DNA from: Octopus sinensis
Lineage: Eukaryota
Reading direction: 5' to 3'
DNA length: 64,000 bases
NCBI RefSeq assembly: GCF_006345805.1
Contig: NC_042998.1
Coordinates: 126,170,001-126,234,000 of the forward strand
Under the pieces are notes generated by a model. That model had not been told where the DNA came from and ran no database searches. It worked only from the letters and a program-made list of their open reading frames with translations. Below, in pieces: positions 37,801-51,187 of the stretch. The first letter of the stretch is position 1, and each line of letters starts with the position of its first letter. Made by a program: the position numbers and the translations under genes.

Positions 37801-38578
37801 TGGAGACTGTTCAACCTTTTCAAATAATTGATCTGGGAAGATAGAAAATACTCTTTTTACAAATCAGTTATATAGTTGTGTATCTTCAAATGCAAAACTG
37901 CAGTAGTGTAGCTAAGTCAATGTTAAAAGAATTTTCTTTTTAATGACTAAAGTGAAAGGCAGCATCAATAATCCTCCAGAGGCTTGGTCACAGGCTGGAA
38001 GTTATCCTCAAATTAGAGGAGGTGGTTTGAATGCTTATAACAGAATGTACCTGGCTAAAGCACCTAAAAGCCAGGTCACTGTCAAATTGATGAATGAATT
38101 AAGTCTTTCACCTAAGAATAGGAACAGCCCCTCCAAAATTTTTGAAAAGGACTAGGCCAAGGTCCTGTGCATCAAGAACGAACCAGAAACCACAGCTGTG
38201 AAATAAACTTCTGAACCATACAACCATGTCTGTGCAGTAATCTAGTTCACATAAAAATCTAATTAGAAATATTTATATGGTGAGGATGAAACAACATTAG
38301 TTTAATGATTAACACAGGAGATGACTGTACATGCTTTGGATGTATTAAACCCCAACAAGGTATAAATTTCACCATGCTTGCTGCTAAAATAGTTTACTAT
38401 TTTAGCAGTAAAAATACTCAGTAAACATATTATATTGCACATGAAAGGCATGAAAAACTAGTAGTATTGACTAATTCATGAAGAGAGAGTGAGGGAAAAA
38501 TGTTTTAGCAAGTTGAACAGCCACGTAGAAACTCCCGAAGTGCAAAGGAATAGACTGTAAATTTATGTTCTTCTAGAT

Positions 38579-38895
38579 CAGCGTTTCTCAACTGGGGTTC
38601 CCCAGAACCCTAGGGTTCTGCGAGAAAGATTGAGATAAGCTAATGCTAATTTCATGATCGTAATATTACTATACATGCACAACATATTATTGGTTATTGT
38701 AATATAGACATCATTCTATCTAATCCATTATGTCATCAAATATATAACTATATATATATATATGATATTTACCACGTGAACTATGCTAAAAAATATGAGA
38801 AAGATATGGTATATAATTTTTTTGGTGCAAGGGTTCCTTGAGACATGTAATTTATTTTAAGGGTTACGCAAGGGTAAAAAGGTTGAGAAACACTG
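38579..38895. mobile_element. hAT (Charlie-like) MITE
   Basis: TIR cagcgtttctcaac / gttgagaaacactg; perfect 8-bp TSD TTCTAGAT at 38571-38578 and 38896-38903. Confidence 0.93.
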
Positions 38896-40440
38896 TTCTA
38901 GATACATGACAAAATTTTCTGTTATAGATTGGGTTCACTGATTTATGGGATTTATCAATGTTCATGTGTGAATAAAGACAAAATATCTATCCTTTACATT
39001 AGAAAGGAATAAATGGGAGGGAATGCTTGGAGTTGCCTACTACATGGAAACTTAATACTGATGCTAGTATACTTGATGTAGTGGGACAATGAATAAATAA
39101 ATAAATTAAAATACGCCTTTAGTAATGAGAATAATCATTATCTAAATGACTAATTCTGGTCACAAAAGGCAGGGGGAGACAATCTCGAAATTTTAATTTT
39201 AAATGGAATGCAGTGAGAAGTGAGTAATCTTTAGCAGCTTGACCAAACTTTTGCAGGTTAATGTCTAAGTAAAAATATATGCCAGGAAGATCTAAGGGGG
39301 AAACAAAGGTGGTGAGAGAGTATGCAGCTTCTAGTTCCCGAACTGACACCAATATAGCAACAAGCAATATAAATCTAAGTTCATTCATATTTAGAATTCT
39401 TAATAGGAATATTAAATCGACACCGAAAGTATGAGGAAACAAAGTTAATTACAGTGGGATTTGAACTCATGACTAAATATCACAAAGCATTTTGTCTAAC
39501 GCTCTGATTGACAATCAACAACCAACAGGTGATCAGCCCTTTTGTCTTAAGCGAACGGTGGATACGACGTTTATATATTTCCCAAGTGAAAATAAATGCG
39601 TGTGTGAGAATATATAATAAAAGTTTCCCCAGAAAGAGAGAGAGAGAGTGATCCTTAGCTTTTTAATAGAAATGAGTGTGTAAGCATGAAAAGGATGGGT
39701 GCAGCTACATTTGATTCAATGTATTTTCGGGTGTTGTCGGTTTGAATAATTATATTCTTCATAGCACAGCAACTCCTTTCCGCTCCGAGACCTTGAGCTA
39801 CCCAAAATGATATAATTCGTGTGTGTAAACGGTATATTATTTTCTTCAAAAGGATGGGTGGGAAAATTACCTAAGTTGTATTATGTGGAACGTGCCAAAT
39901 GTGATTTATACATGCATAAGATGTGCTTCTGTAACTTCGTATAGTGATCTTCGTACTAGTAGTTAAAAAAAACAGAAACCCCAAACGAATCAGTTTATTA
40001 CCTTTAATCATTTAATGTATGAATTTCTGATACATTTGAATGAATCTTTTCGTTCACTGCTTCCATGTCAGTCCCTAAACGACGTGGACAATATTTTCCA
40101 TACCAAAATTGGAAGTTCAACATTAATAGAATGTTTCTACGGGTAGTCAATTTTGCACACCCGTTCAGTTTACTTAGCTGTCAGGAAGATTTATCTAATC
40201 CGCTTAAACACGAGTTTTTAAGAGCTCTTTGGGGCTGATGCATCAATAGAAGATAACAAATTATAGATAAGTGCAAAATATAAACACTGGCATTGTAATG
40301 CACACACATGTATGTGTATCTAGAGGCACTAACATACACGTGTAAGCATTCGTGCTTGTGACATTTAAGAAAATACATACATGGCACATCAAATGCGAAG
40401 AATAATAGTGATGATAAATTATATCAAGTCCGAAAACAGT

Positions 40441-40823
40441 CCACCGCCTTTAGTCGAACAAATCGACCCCAGGTCTTATTCTTTGTAAGCCTAGTACTTA
40501 TCTATCGGTCTCTTTTGTCGAACCGCTAAGTTACGGGGACGTAAACATACCAACATCGATTGTCAAGCGATGGCGGGGGGAGGACAAACACCGACACACA
40601 AAGAAGCCCGTCGTATATATATATAAACGCATTGTAAACACACACATATATATATATATACGACGGGCTTCTTTCAGTTTCCGTCAACCAAAATCCACTC
40701 ACAAGGTTTTGGTCTGCCCGAGGCTATGGTAGAGGACACTTGCCCAAGGTGTTATTCAGTGGGAGTGAACCCGGAACTATGTGGTTGGTAAGCAAGCTAC
40801 TTACCACATAGCCACTCCTGCGC
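40441..40823 (-). mobile_element. Young tRNA-derived SINE about 1.1 kb upstream of the eRF1 ATG
   Basis: Head gcgcaggagtggctatgtgg (A box), gggttcactccc (B box), ccttgggcaagtg core; CpGs retained. Confidence 0.88.
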
Positions 40824-41399
40824 TTATATATATAGTACACGTGCATTTCATTTTGACAATTATGGTACTCATACAGTAATTTAGCCATATATATATAAGT
40901 TTTCTTTTGAGTATATGTATATCTATACAGATAGATAAGTTTTCTTTGTGCTTAGACGTCGTAATTGGGAGGCTTCTCGCAATCCCGTGAACATTTGCAA
41001 TTAACTAATAAGTAATTAAATTAAAACCATTCATTATTAGTAATAAAACGTAAAACAATTGATTTTTTCTTCTACCTAGTGTAAAAAAAGGCAAGTATAG
41101 TATTTTTACTGTTGTCACTATTCAGTTTTTTCGAATTATCTTAATGTTTTCATTAAAAGACGGACGTAACTGCACTCCTACACTTATCGTTTCACAGTTT
41201 AATAGTATTTAGCAGGTAATCAACATTTTCGATCCAGTGTATATTCTGGACTGTACAACTAGTTTACATCAACATTTTAAACTTTTTCTTCAATCAATAA
41301 AATTAGAAATTCTCCCGCAATGTTAACAACTGTCCTTACCACTATGAATACGTCTGCCCCAACTAGTTAGCATGAAATCAGCTGTAACAATCCCAATAC

Positions 41400-41979
41400 C
41401 AACATTACAGATACACATATGTATATTATACATACCTACATACACATGTATAGTCGCTAACGAGTGTGATTCCTTCAGCCTACATCATCCACATATCACC
41501 ATCGCAGCTGACTTTCACACTCTCTCTAAAACACATACTTCTCCCATCCCTCTTTTAGTTTCCCTTCTCTTCCTACTACTCCATATTTATTTCCTCCTCT
41601 CATTGTTTCTTCCTATCCATCCTAGCTCTTCTTTTAACTCCTACCATAGTGCTTGCAATAGTCTTTCTTGCACCAACTCTCTTTAACCCAACACCTCCAA
41701 CTACGTATAATTTTGTGTTCTCCTCCCACTCTGTTATCTCCTCCTGTTCCTCTGAGCCATTCATTCCTCCGCCCTTCACAGATGCTGTTTGCACTCGCCT
41801 CCTCCTCTTCCTCTTTAATATCTCTTACCAACCCCTGTAACACTCTCTTCTACACCTACCACAAATATGTTTGTGCTTGCCTTCTCTTCCCCCTCCCTAT
41901 AGTTTTCTTATCTCCCACTATTTCCGCGACACTCTCTCCTCCACCCACCACAGACGGAACAGGTCCGAGCCTTTTCAAA
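41400..41979 (+). promoter_or_regulatory. Pyrimidine-rich putative eRF1 5' leader / proximal promoter
   Basis: Strongly C/T-biased tract directly upstream of the ATG; transcription start not determined. Confidence 0.45.
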
Positions 41980-42077
41980 ATGGCTTCCAACGGTGTGGAT
42001 GGTGAAACGAACGCCGATCGTAACGTCGAAATATGGAAGATAAAGAAGCTGATCAAAAGCCTGGAGGCGGCTAGGGG
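41980..42077 (+). CDS. ETF1: eRF1 coding exon 1 ([33 protein letters not shown])
   Basis: Translation matches the conserved eRF1 N-terminus ([21 protein letters not shown]); donor GG|gtaaat, phase 2. Confidence 0.97.
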
Positions 42078-43824
42078 GTAAATGTTTTCGCTCAATCTTC
42101 ACGTACTGGTGAAACATTTTCTTAACGTTGGGCCGACATAGGGAGTTGTGTAAATTCCCCAAAAGTAGTCGACCAGTTTCTTTGCTGCCTGTCTATATAT
42201 GTGTGTATATAAGCGCTGTGTGTGTGTGAAAAGAAATTTTTTCTGTACCTCTCTCTCTCTCTCTCAGTATGTTTGCCACATGGCTTAATGTTCGTTCGCC
42301 CATCCTTTTATTCATTTACCGACAACTGTAGATTTCCACAGGCTATAAATGGTTACCTATACAATTTTGTTTTTGTTTTTAAAAATTGGGTTACAATCTT
42401 TTTTTTTTTTTTAATGATTTCAATTGATGATAGATAACAGTACGGTAAAATATATATAATCGTTCTATACACATGCAGCCTGTCTCATAAACATAAAATT
42501 TCACTGTAAGTCTGAAGAGTTTCTATCGTACCGTTTGCTTTATAGTCGCAGCTGCCTGTTTGAGACTAGTATCAGTCAATCCAGTATATATGTATATATA
42601 TACATATATATAATATAATATACACGTTGTGGCCTGCTACTATACACCGGATTCTCTTTACATCCTAAACTACGACTACCCAGGCAAGAAGCTTAAAAGC
42701 ATTACTCTTATTTAAACATTTATTGTTATTACACATATGTACATGTACCTCAACTTATATAATATGTACCGTTGATGAAATAAAACTCTCCTAGAATGAA
42801 GATATGTCGCATATCTATTAACCTCTGTCTATCTAACAATCTGTGATCATACAATCTTATATCTTAAGCTTTCTTGTATACGAGACATCGAGGGAATCTT
42901 TCTCAAGCTAGCCATTTATTTAACACGTCTCTTTCTGTTGAAATTAGCTGTTTTACCTCCTTTCCTACTTTATTAATTATTAAATCCGGTTCAAAGCTAT
43001 TATTAATGTTAGAATTATTATTATTCGTGAAACGTTCGTTGCCTTTTAATTGATGTGTTCGTTATCTCCAGCAGTTTGTGGCATGACGTGCTGAGGCACT
43101 TGCTTCTTCTTATCCCATTTATGTAAACCATGCTTCTCTCACCTGGCTGTCACCTTAATGTAAAAGATCCAAGTGTTGCTGTCATAAGGCCACTCAATTA
43201 CTTCACTAACTAGCACATATATATATATAAATATATATAAAGATTTTCTAACATGCTGTGCTAATAGTAATTATACACTATTTGTGCACAACATTACACA
43301 GCACTTAATGCACATCACATAATACACACGTTAGTCTGAGTAAGCATGAATATTTGCTAAATTCAACTAAACATTATATAGTAAATATATATATATATAA
43401 CATTGTGTACAGTTTATACTATATAATTCGTGCTATGTATAACGCTATATTTCATCGTTGTTGAGGTTTAGGCCTAGATCGGCCCTAATACAACAAACTT
43501 ATGATGAAAGACATCGACTGTGATTTCACCGCCTTTTTAAGAATATCTACTACTAGATTATTCAGTGTCCTTCTCTTTAAGACTTTAGGGACATTTGTTT
43601 GCTATTTCAAGCAGGTTTAGCGACCACATAAATGTCCCCCTGAGATTATTTTAATTACTGTGTGTTGAATAGCGAAGATAGATTGTGAAATATAAAAAAA
43701 TCCAGTGGCATACAAACCACTTCAGTGAATCTCTTCCATATATCTTTTCTCCTTCAAAGAACTTGTTAGACCAAAGTTTGTTGGTAGATTTATCTACATC
43801 CTTGTTTTACTCTGAGTGTATGTA

Positions 43825-43828
<4 letters not shown>

Positions 43829-43888
<60 letters not shown>
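43829..43888. repeat. (TA)n microsatellite, about 30 units; similar tracts at ~1797-1853, 23625-23648, 51020-51043 and elsewhere
   Basis: Read directly from the sequence. Confidence 0.97.
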
Positions 43889-43893
<5 letters not shown>

Positions 43894-45184
43894 ACGTTTC
43901 TGTTTCTGTTGGTACAAAAAAAAGTATGACACATGTGATAGTCAACTCGAAAACGTGACATTCTTAACCCGCAACACACTAATCACCAGCTGTTTGTCTT
44001 GACATGGTTTTTTTTTTTGTATGTGTGCGTGAACGGGGGAAGGGGGTGTTTAATGCTATTATTCAATGCATTACTGTTATCACGAGTGCTGTATGATACA
44101 GATTACCGCGAGTTTTCGGACCCGGGTTCAATTCACAATTTGAATTCATTTGTTAGAGATCTTGAAAAGTTAGTATTGCGACATGTCGTGTAGTCTCAAA
44201 GAATTCGTGACTAAGAAAGAAACCGTACTATAACCACGATTTATTTTTGAACTTTCAAATATCTTTTGTTACTTTTTTCTTTCCTTAGAAGTAAAATTCT
44301 GTTGAGTAACCGAAGGAACTGTTCAGAGTTTTACATATATAAATTGGTCAGCAAGAAGTTACATAGAATTTGTATTTCAATTTTTATCTCTTGTTCAACT
44401 TAGATGTACTATTCTTTTCAAAAGCATGTATGAGTAGTAATTATCGATGTGTAAATTTGGTGAGTTATGCCCCCCTTATTTCATTTGAGACTTTTTTTCT
44501 TTGCAAAATAATGATTCTGTTCTGCAACTCTTCTAATGGAAGCACTTGCACTCTCTTCATTTGACTTAGAGTTTTGAAGACATTGACGTTTAAGGAAGGT
44601 CCTGTATTGAATATCGATCGCGTTGCATGAAATCTACCCGTTTAATAATTATATTTGAAACGAAGTTAACAAGTGTCTGATCGCTCTCCTTCGTCGCGTT
44701 GAATACTGTAATAATGATAATAATCTAAGCAGTAAAAGTTGACTAACGATTTGGCACGGTTTTCACTTCTGACTCTACTTCTTTTAAACAAAAATCGTGT
44801 TACTATAGAAATGTTTAGTATTTAAACAGTGAATAGCTTTGATGGGTGTCAAGTTAATTTCTCTGTGGAGTAGTTGTATATTTGAAAAAAAAGCTTTGTG
44901 TCTTTAGTAAATGTTGCTTAAAGTCAATATTCTAAACTATAAACTAGTGTGATTATTTTGACTAATTCTAGCTACAGAACTTGTGAAGTTTCAATTTATA
45001 ACTTCTTTAGGGTTATTTTTGTAAGGTATATAAAAAAATTTGTGATTTAATCGTTATCAAAAATAGTAATATGGGAAAGAAATGAAGTGAGGATTTTCAA
45101 CTGAATGTGTGTGTAAACTTAATGTATATGGAAAACAGAGCAGAAGTGAGTTGAAGAAAAGACTGGATTTAAGAGAAATTGGAT

Positions 45185-45390
45185 ATAATGAGTGGAGACT
45201 GTTGGTACAGATGTGATGCTAAAAGAGAGTGATAGCTGGGTAAAAAAAATGCCAAGCAGTCCGTGTGGGACATTCATGCTGAAGACTGAGACATGGGATA
45301 AAGTGGTAAAAGCTGACTGCAAGAGGCTGAACCTCACAACAGAGGTAACAAAGGACCACACTAAATGGTGTGGTACAGAATACATGTGAA
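45185..45390 (+). mobile_element. Old RTE C-terminal fragment
   Basis: TWDKVVKADCKRLNLTTEVTKDHTKW resembles TWDEVVKHDLRTLGLTEEMTRDRDLW of the intact element. Confidence 0.75.
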
Positions 45391-47119
45391 CATGGAAAAG
45401 TGGATCTAAAATGGTTTAATATCTTCAGATTAGAATAGATTAATGAAAAATTGTCAGTTTGAATATTTTAAGTGTTTTGAAATATAATTTTGGTGTTAGA
45501 GGAAACACATGTTGCCAGAATTTGTGACAATTAAAAGTAATCTTGCAGTGTTTAATTTCCATTTCTGATTGGTTGAATTAGAATCAAGACTGCTGATGGC
45601 TTATCTTTCTACATAAAAAAGAGTCACTGTGTGAAATTTGGATAGAGTATAACAAGCTACAAAGATATATTGTATTATTTCAAAATTTCTCTGGGTAGCA
45701 CATGAAGGAAAGCTATTGAAAGGTTCTCAGACTTTACATTGAAAAGCATTTAAGATAGAATTCTCTAATTTATCTTGGACAATATAAAGTTTTTTCAATG
45801 ATCAAATACTCAAATTGGAATTATTTACAAACCAATCCTCAGGTATTTTATTGTTTATGAAAGAATAAAATATCAAATATTTAAAGATTAACTATTTCTA
45901 ATTTGTCTACATCAACACATGAAATGGTCTTTGTTCATATTACCTATAAATATGTTGTTTCAGTTCTTTTAACATAAGCAATAGAATATGAAAGAATTAT
46001 CTTAATCTAAGAAATAGTTCTTGTTCAGTTTTTTTTCTTTACTCTTTTTGTCCTTTATCCATGTTTGTCCAATGAAATGTAATTTGTAAAATAATTTTAC
46101 TGCATAGTTGTTTCCAAATTTGAAAAGAGAAGCTTTTCTGCATAATCCCACCATCATTCAGCATCCACTTTTTCATGCTTGCAAGGCTTAAATAGAATTT
46201 GTTAAGGCTAATTTTCTATAGCCTGATTCCCTTACTGTTGCTAACCCTCACCTGTTTCCAAGCTAGGCAGTAGTTCCCCATAGCCTGACATTTTTCATGG
46301 AAGACTAGAAGTAAACAGCCTTGCTTTTATGTTACTCATTTACAACCATCGTGTGATGTCTTGACATTGGTATACACACACATGACAGACTTCTTTCAGT
46401 GTCCACCTTCTAAATTCATTCATAAGGCTTTGGATAGCTTGGGGATATTGTAGAATATGTTTGCCCAAGGTGCTGTGCTGTGGGACTGAATCCAGGACTA
46501 CATGGTTGGAAAGCAACCATACTGTGGTATGGTCAAGAAGTTTGCTTTTCAGCCATATAGTTTTCAGTTCAGTGGCACTTAGATCAGTGGATTTGGCAAG
46601 CAGAAATACAAGCAAGCCCATTATGTAAATATGTGTGTGTTTCTTTGTCTTGACTTCATGTAATAATTGTGAGTACCAGTGTAATTTGTTTCCAGTTTTC
46701 TGTGAAAACATGTTTGGCCTGGGGAAAATGTTACCTTACTCAAAAAACAGCTGGGAGTTAGCAACAGGAAAGGCATCCACTCATAGAAAATCTGCCTTAA
46801 TGAATTCACTTGTCTGGTCCATGCAAAGATGGAAAAATGGACATTAAAATGATACACACTCTCTCTCTCTCACTCACGCACACACACGTATGTCTTTATA
46901 TACTCTTATCAGCAGTTTTCTTTTATGATTTTTTTCAGTTACTATTATACATTATTTTAGAAATCATTGTCATCCTCGATAATGATTATGAGTACAATTT
47001 GAGTAATTGCCTCTTGATCATATGGTTATTTAACTAGCTAACTGAAAAATACTATTTAGATTTGGTTTGTACTTTAAATGAAGTAAATGTATTAGAAATT
47101 TGGCATATTTGGATTAAGA

Positions 47120-47469
47120 TCTCTATATATATAAATGGCAAAATATCTGCGTGTGTGTCCTTTATACAAATCCACAATTTTTCAGTGCTTTCTATGGTCA
47201 TTTAAAACCGTTCAAGGGTGGTTGTGCACATTTTTACATTTCCCCAGTCACCTCGCAAAGCCATTGAAAAATCAATAGAAGTGATTTTTGGTGAATTTTC
47301 TATCCAAATCCCAATCAAAATGCCCAAAACTTAATACGCCAATTGAATGTCAGCTAGCTCTATGTGATTGGTTGGAGATTTGCACAGTACTCGCGTGTAT
47401 GTGCGCACGCACGCAGCTGTATATGCATGCACTAGCACTATGACCCGACGTTGCCGGCTCATAGTGCCA
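47120..47469 (+). mobile_element. Non-autonomous Helitron-like element
   Basis: 5' A|TCTCTATATATATAAA start; 3' hairpin gcactatga...tcatagtgc; terminal CTAG not seen (a piggyBac MITE follows immediately). Confidence 0.55.
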
Positions 47470-47473
47470 TTAA

Positions 47474-47694
47474 CCCTTTTGTTACTGTATTTATTTTGAG
47501 ATGCTCTATGTTTCTTTCGATTACTTTAAATATAACAAAGAATTCAGTAAAATAACTTAGTTATCATTAAGCTAGTGTTAGGAACATAAATTGTGACTAA
47601 GGTTTGGTGGAAGATTTTAATTCAAAACTTATGAAAACAAGACATTTATACTACAGGGCCAGAGCCGGTTTCATCCGGGTTGGTAACGAAAGGG
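47474..47694. mobile_element. piggyBac-type MITE (second family)
   Basis: TTAA|cccttttgttac ... gtaacgaaaggg|TTAA. Confidence 0.88.
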
Positions 47695-47731
47695 TTAAAG
47701 CACTTTAATTGAATCTCAAATTTTAGCTTAA

Positions 47732-47899
47732 CCCTTTAGCATTTAAACCAGATCCAACCTCTCACACCTATCTTACAATGATGGTCTAAAACTATATGGT
47801 CGCATAATTGAAATCTGAAGGCTACAAGATAATATAGGATGAATTCAGAACAAAGTGAATAATTGTTGCGTTTGATATAAAAATCTGAATGCTAAAGGG
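47732..47899. mobile_element. piggyBac-type MITE (family of 8402-8623); further decayed copies at ~50707-50913 and ~61567-61788
   Basis: Perfect 12-bp TIR ccctttagcatt; TTAA on both sides. Confidence 0.9.
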
Positions 47900-50800
47900 T
47901 TAAAATGCTCAAATATTATTAAGTATCTGTTGTTATTCAGTTTTATTGGAGTATTGATTGCATGGTGATAGGTGTGCCATTTGGTATGGTGGTGATGCAG
48001 GAACAAAGTGAATAGGCTTGCTCAAGTAAGAACTGAGTCACATTTTGGAAAATTTCAATATAAATCTGATTAGGACTAACTTCACCCAAATGATTGATAA
48101 AAGGACTTTGTCCAAGCCAGCTTAGAGACAATTTTTTTCGGGGTCTTTGTCTCTCTAAGAGAGAATGGGAACATGGTTGAACAAGACTCAGTTAAATGAG
48201 TAATGTGAATGTGTAGTGCTAGTATTATTTGTTTTAATTGAAATTAATATAGTTGTCTTTTATAGACTTTGTCATTTGCAGTGTGAATGTCCTTAGCTCT
48301 AATGACTGCAAATAATAGCTTGTAATTTTCTAGAAAGTCTATTTTAGTTTTAACTTCTGTTGGCCATTAAATACATCTAGTTTGTAGTTTTAGCCATTCA
48401 CCTAGTCTGGATCTGAATAATTTTTATGAGACTGAGAATAGATGGAGCTTTTTGTTTTTGTAGCTGAAATGTCTACGAATCTAAGGCAGGAGAGGAAACC
48501 AAACAGGAAAACAAAGACTGATTAGAATGAAATTAAGCTAAATTCTAAAATGTTTTGTTTTTTTTAAACTTATACTGCTGATTTCAAGCTATACTTTCTG
48601 ATATAATGGAGCAAACTAAGTAAAATCATCAAATAATTTAATGTAGCTCATTTGTTGCTAATATTGAACTCTGTTTTATATTATTAAGCAGTCACATCAT
48701 TATAGACAGGATTTTTGCTTTTTCCTTCCATTTCTTTGTTGGAATATGAGGACATCATTGCAAACTAGGGGCAATATTAAATCTCGAATATTTTTAATGT
48801 CTAAGATAGTCTGAATAATATATAATGGTAGTCAGTTTTAAAGATTTTGGCACCAGCTTTGCCATTTATCTGATATTTTAAATATCAGTAAGAAACTTGA
48901 GTTTGTTATGTTTATTGTAGAGGGATTTGGGCTTTTCTAAAATAAAACTACAAAAATTATTTTACATTCTAGAATATGTAGAATACATATTTCTCTTGAT
49001 TATTTGTAAGTCTTTTCACTGATCAGTTTTAAAAAGTATAAGTAGAATACAGATATGTTACTACCTGTGGCAAAATTTGATTTTCTGGTTTATAGATCAA
49101 AATGGAGACAGATCTCAAGCCATTGAGCAGCTGGTATAATACCAGTATTGCCTGTGGTTAGCTGTACCTTGACACACTTGGTTGCTTACTAATGAGCTAC
49201 ATAACTTTGCCCTTTCACAAACACAAATAAATGGGTGTATTTTGTTTGAGGCTCTTGCTTGTAAATGGAATCAAAGTAACCGAACAGTGCATGTTAAATC
49301 AAATGAAATCAAATGGATAGGAAGTAAAACATTTATTTCCTTTTGAACTTATTTAGATATTATTTATATTTTGATTCATTTATTTGTTTTTGTCTGCAAT
49401 TATCTTCTTTCTTATACATATTCTCTATTCCCCTGACCCTTTTTCTTCAATTTTTAATGTAATAATACAAGGGCTTGGTTTTGTGGTGGGCCATTAACTG
49501 CAAAATAAATGCTATTGTAAACATGGAAAAATGTTCATTACATTGGCTTTTTTTTTATTTATCTATTTAAAAAGTCTTCATAGTTGAAAAATTTATCTTG
49601 CTGTAAATAGCTTTTAAAAAACTATTACAAATGTTTTGGGATTTGCAGAAATGATAGCTTTATTAATTTAAATGGACCCTAAACTTTGGTTTTTATAGAA
49701 TGCTGGCTAGTTTCTTTACATGTACTGGTAAAAATAATTTATTCAACAACTGGTTACAATAAAAGGGGTTTAGATTTTATATATATATCATCATTTTCCA
49801 TGATGGTACGGGCTGGATGGTTTGACAGGAGCTAGTAAGCCAAGGGACTGCACCAAGCTCTACTATCAGCTTTAGCATAGTTTCTATGACTAGATGTCCA
49901 TCCTAATGTCAACCACTTCACTGAGTGTACTGGGTGTGTTTTACATGGCACCAGCATCGGTGAGATCACCAATTAACTTGCAAGATAGACCCTTCAACTG
50001 AGAAGGGGGATGATATTGAAGGAGGTGATTTTGTAAAATTTTCCTTTGATGATGTTAATCACAACCCAGTTTTATTTTTGAGGGGTAATTTTTTTTTACT
50101 CTTGGATTCTCTTTATACTACTAACCAATCTACTCTGATATAGGAGTAAAGTTCGATTTTTTTTCTTTTTGCTCAACCTGGCAAATTTAGGGTATGTAGT
50201 TGTCACTGCTTGTGTGCTACTCAGATGGTTTTATAACTATGTGATCAGCAGTCTTTTATGTAATGTAATTATATTTGAAGTATAGGTACATGTAAATGTT
50301 CTATTTTCCTCATCTTAGATGATCATAATCAAGGGTACTGACAGGTTTTTACTAGCTATCTCTAATATATATATACATGTGTATGTGTCTGATTCTGAGT
50401 AACAGTCAAATGAAGGTTCTGTGATCAATTCCTATCCTGACTTGAGCAGAAATATCTTTTCTTAAGACAGTTGGTGTCAAAATGAGCCAGTCATTCTCAA
50501 TGTTTTTTCCATGCTGGCATGGATTGGATGGTTTGACAGGATCTGGCGAGCCACATGACTGCGTTTTGCGCCAGTGTCAGCTTTGGCATGGTTTCTGCAG
50601 CTGAATGCCCTTTACAGTATGTCCTGGGTGCTTTTTTCATGCCACTGGCACTAGTGATGTTGCTAAGTAACTTGCAAGACAAGAAAATCAGTATCAAAGA
50701 TTCTAATCCTTTAGCATTTAGATTACCCTGTCAAATGTAATGCATATTTATTCAAATTGTTTTGAATTAATCATACATTATCTCATATCTTTGAGATTTC

Positions 50801-51010
50801 AATGATGTGATTGTATATTTTTAGAATGACATTGCAGGGTAGTTGTGTGAGGCCTGATCTGATCAATTTGAACATAAAACTGGTAGGATGTGGCTGATTT
50901 GAATGCTAAAGGGTTAAAGCATTTAACATGAGATAAATAGCCAGAAATAAAGCATTTTGTTTGGATTATTTGAAAGATTGGTAGCAATACATACTGAAAT
51001 TTAAAAAATG

Positions 51011-51043
<33 letters not shown>

Positions 51044-51187
51044 CCGGAGTAAACGCATAAATGTGAAACAAGGTGGAAAAAAGAGTACTCAAATACCAGT
51101 GGTAGAGTAATATGCTTTATTTAAAGCAGCAGAAAATTCAACAAAAACAGATTTTGTTGAATTTTCTGCAGCTTTAAATAAAGTATA
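51044..51187. repeat. Insertion in (TA)n ending in a 36-bp-stem hairpin, possibly a Penelope-like terminus
   Basis: Arms 51111-51146 and 51152-51187, 5-nt loop; family assignment is inference. Confidence 0.7.

Noticed and set aside
43052-43110. C/D-like TGATGT...CTGA segment
   Set aside because: Box C is imperfect, spacing is only ~48 nt, and the stem is misplaced.
49096-49156. Poison cassette exon in eRF1 intron 1 (would add an in-frame TGA)
   Set aside because: Weak donor (gttagc); such sites are expected by chance in 16 kb and there is no expression evidence.
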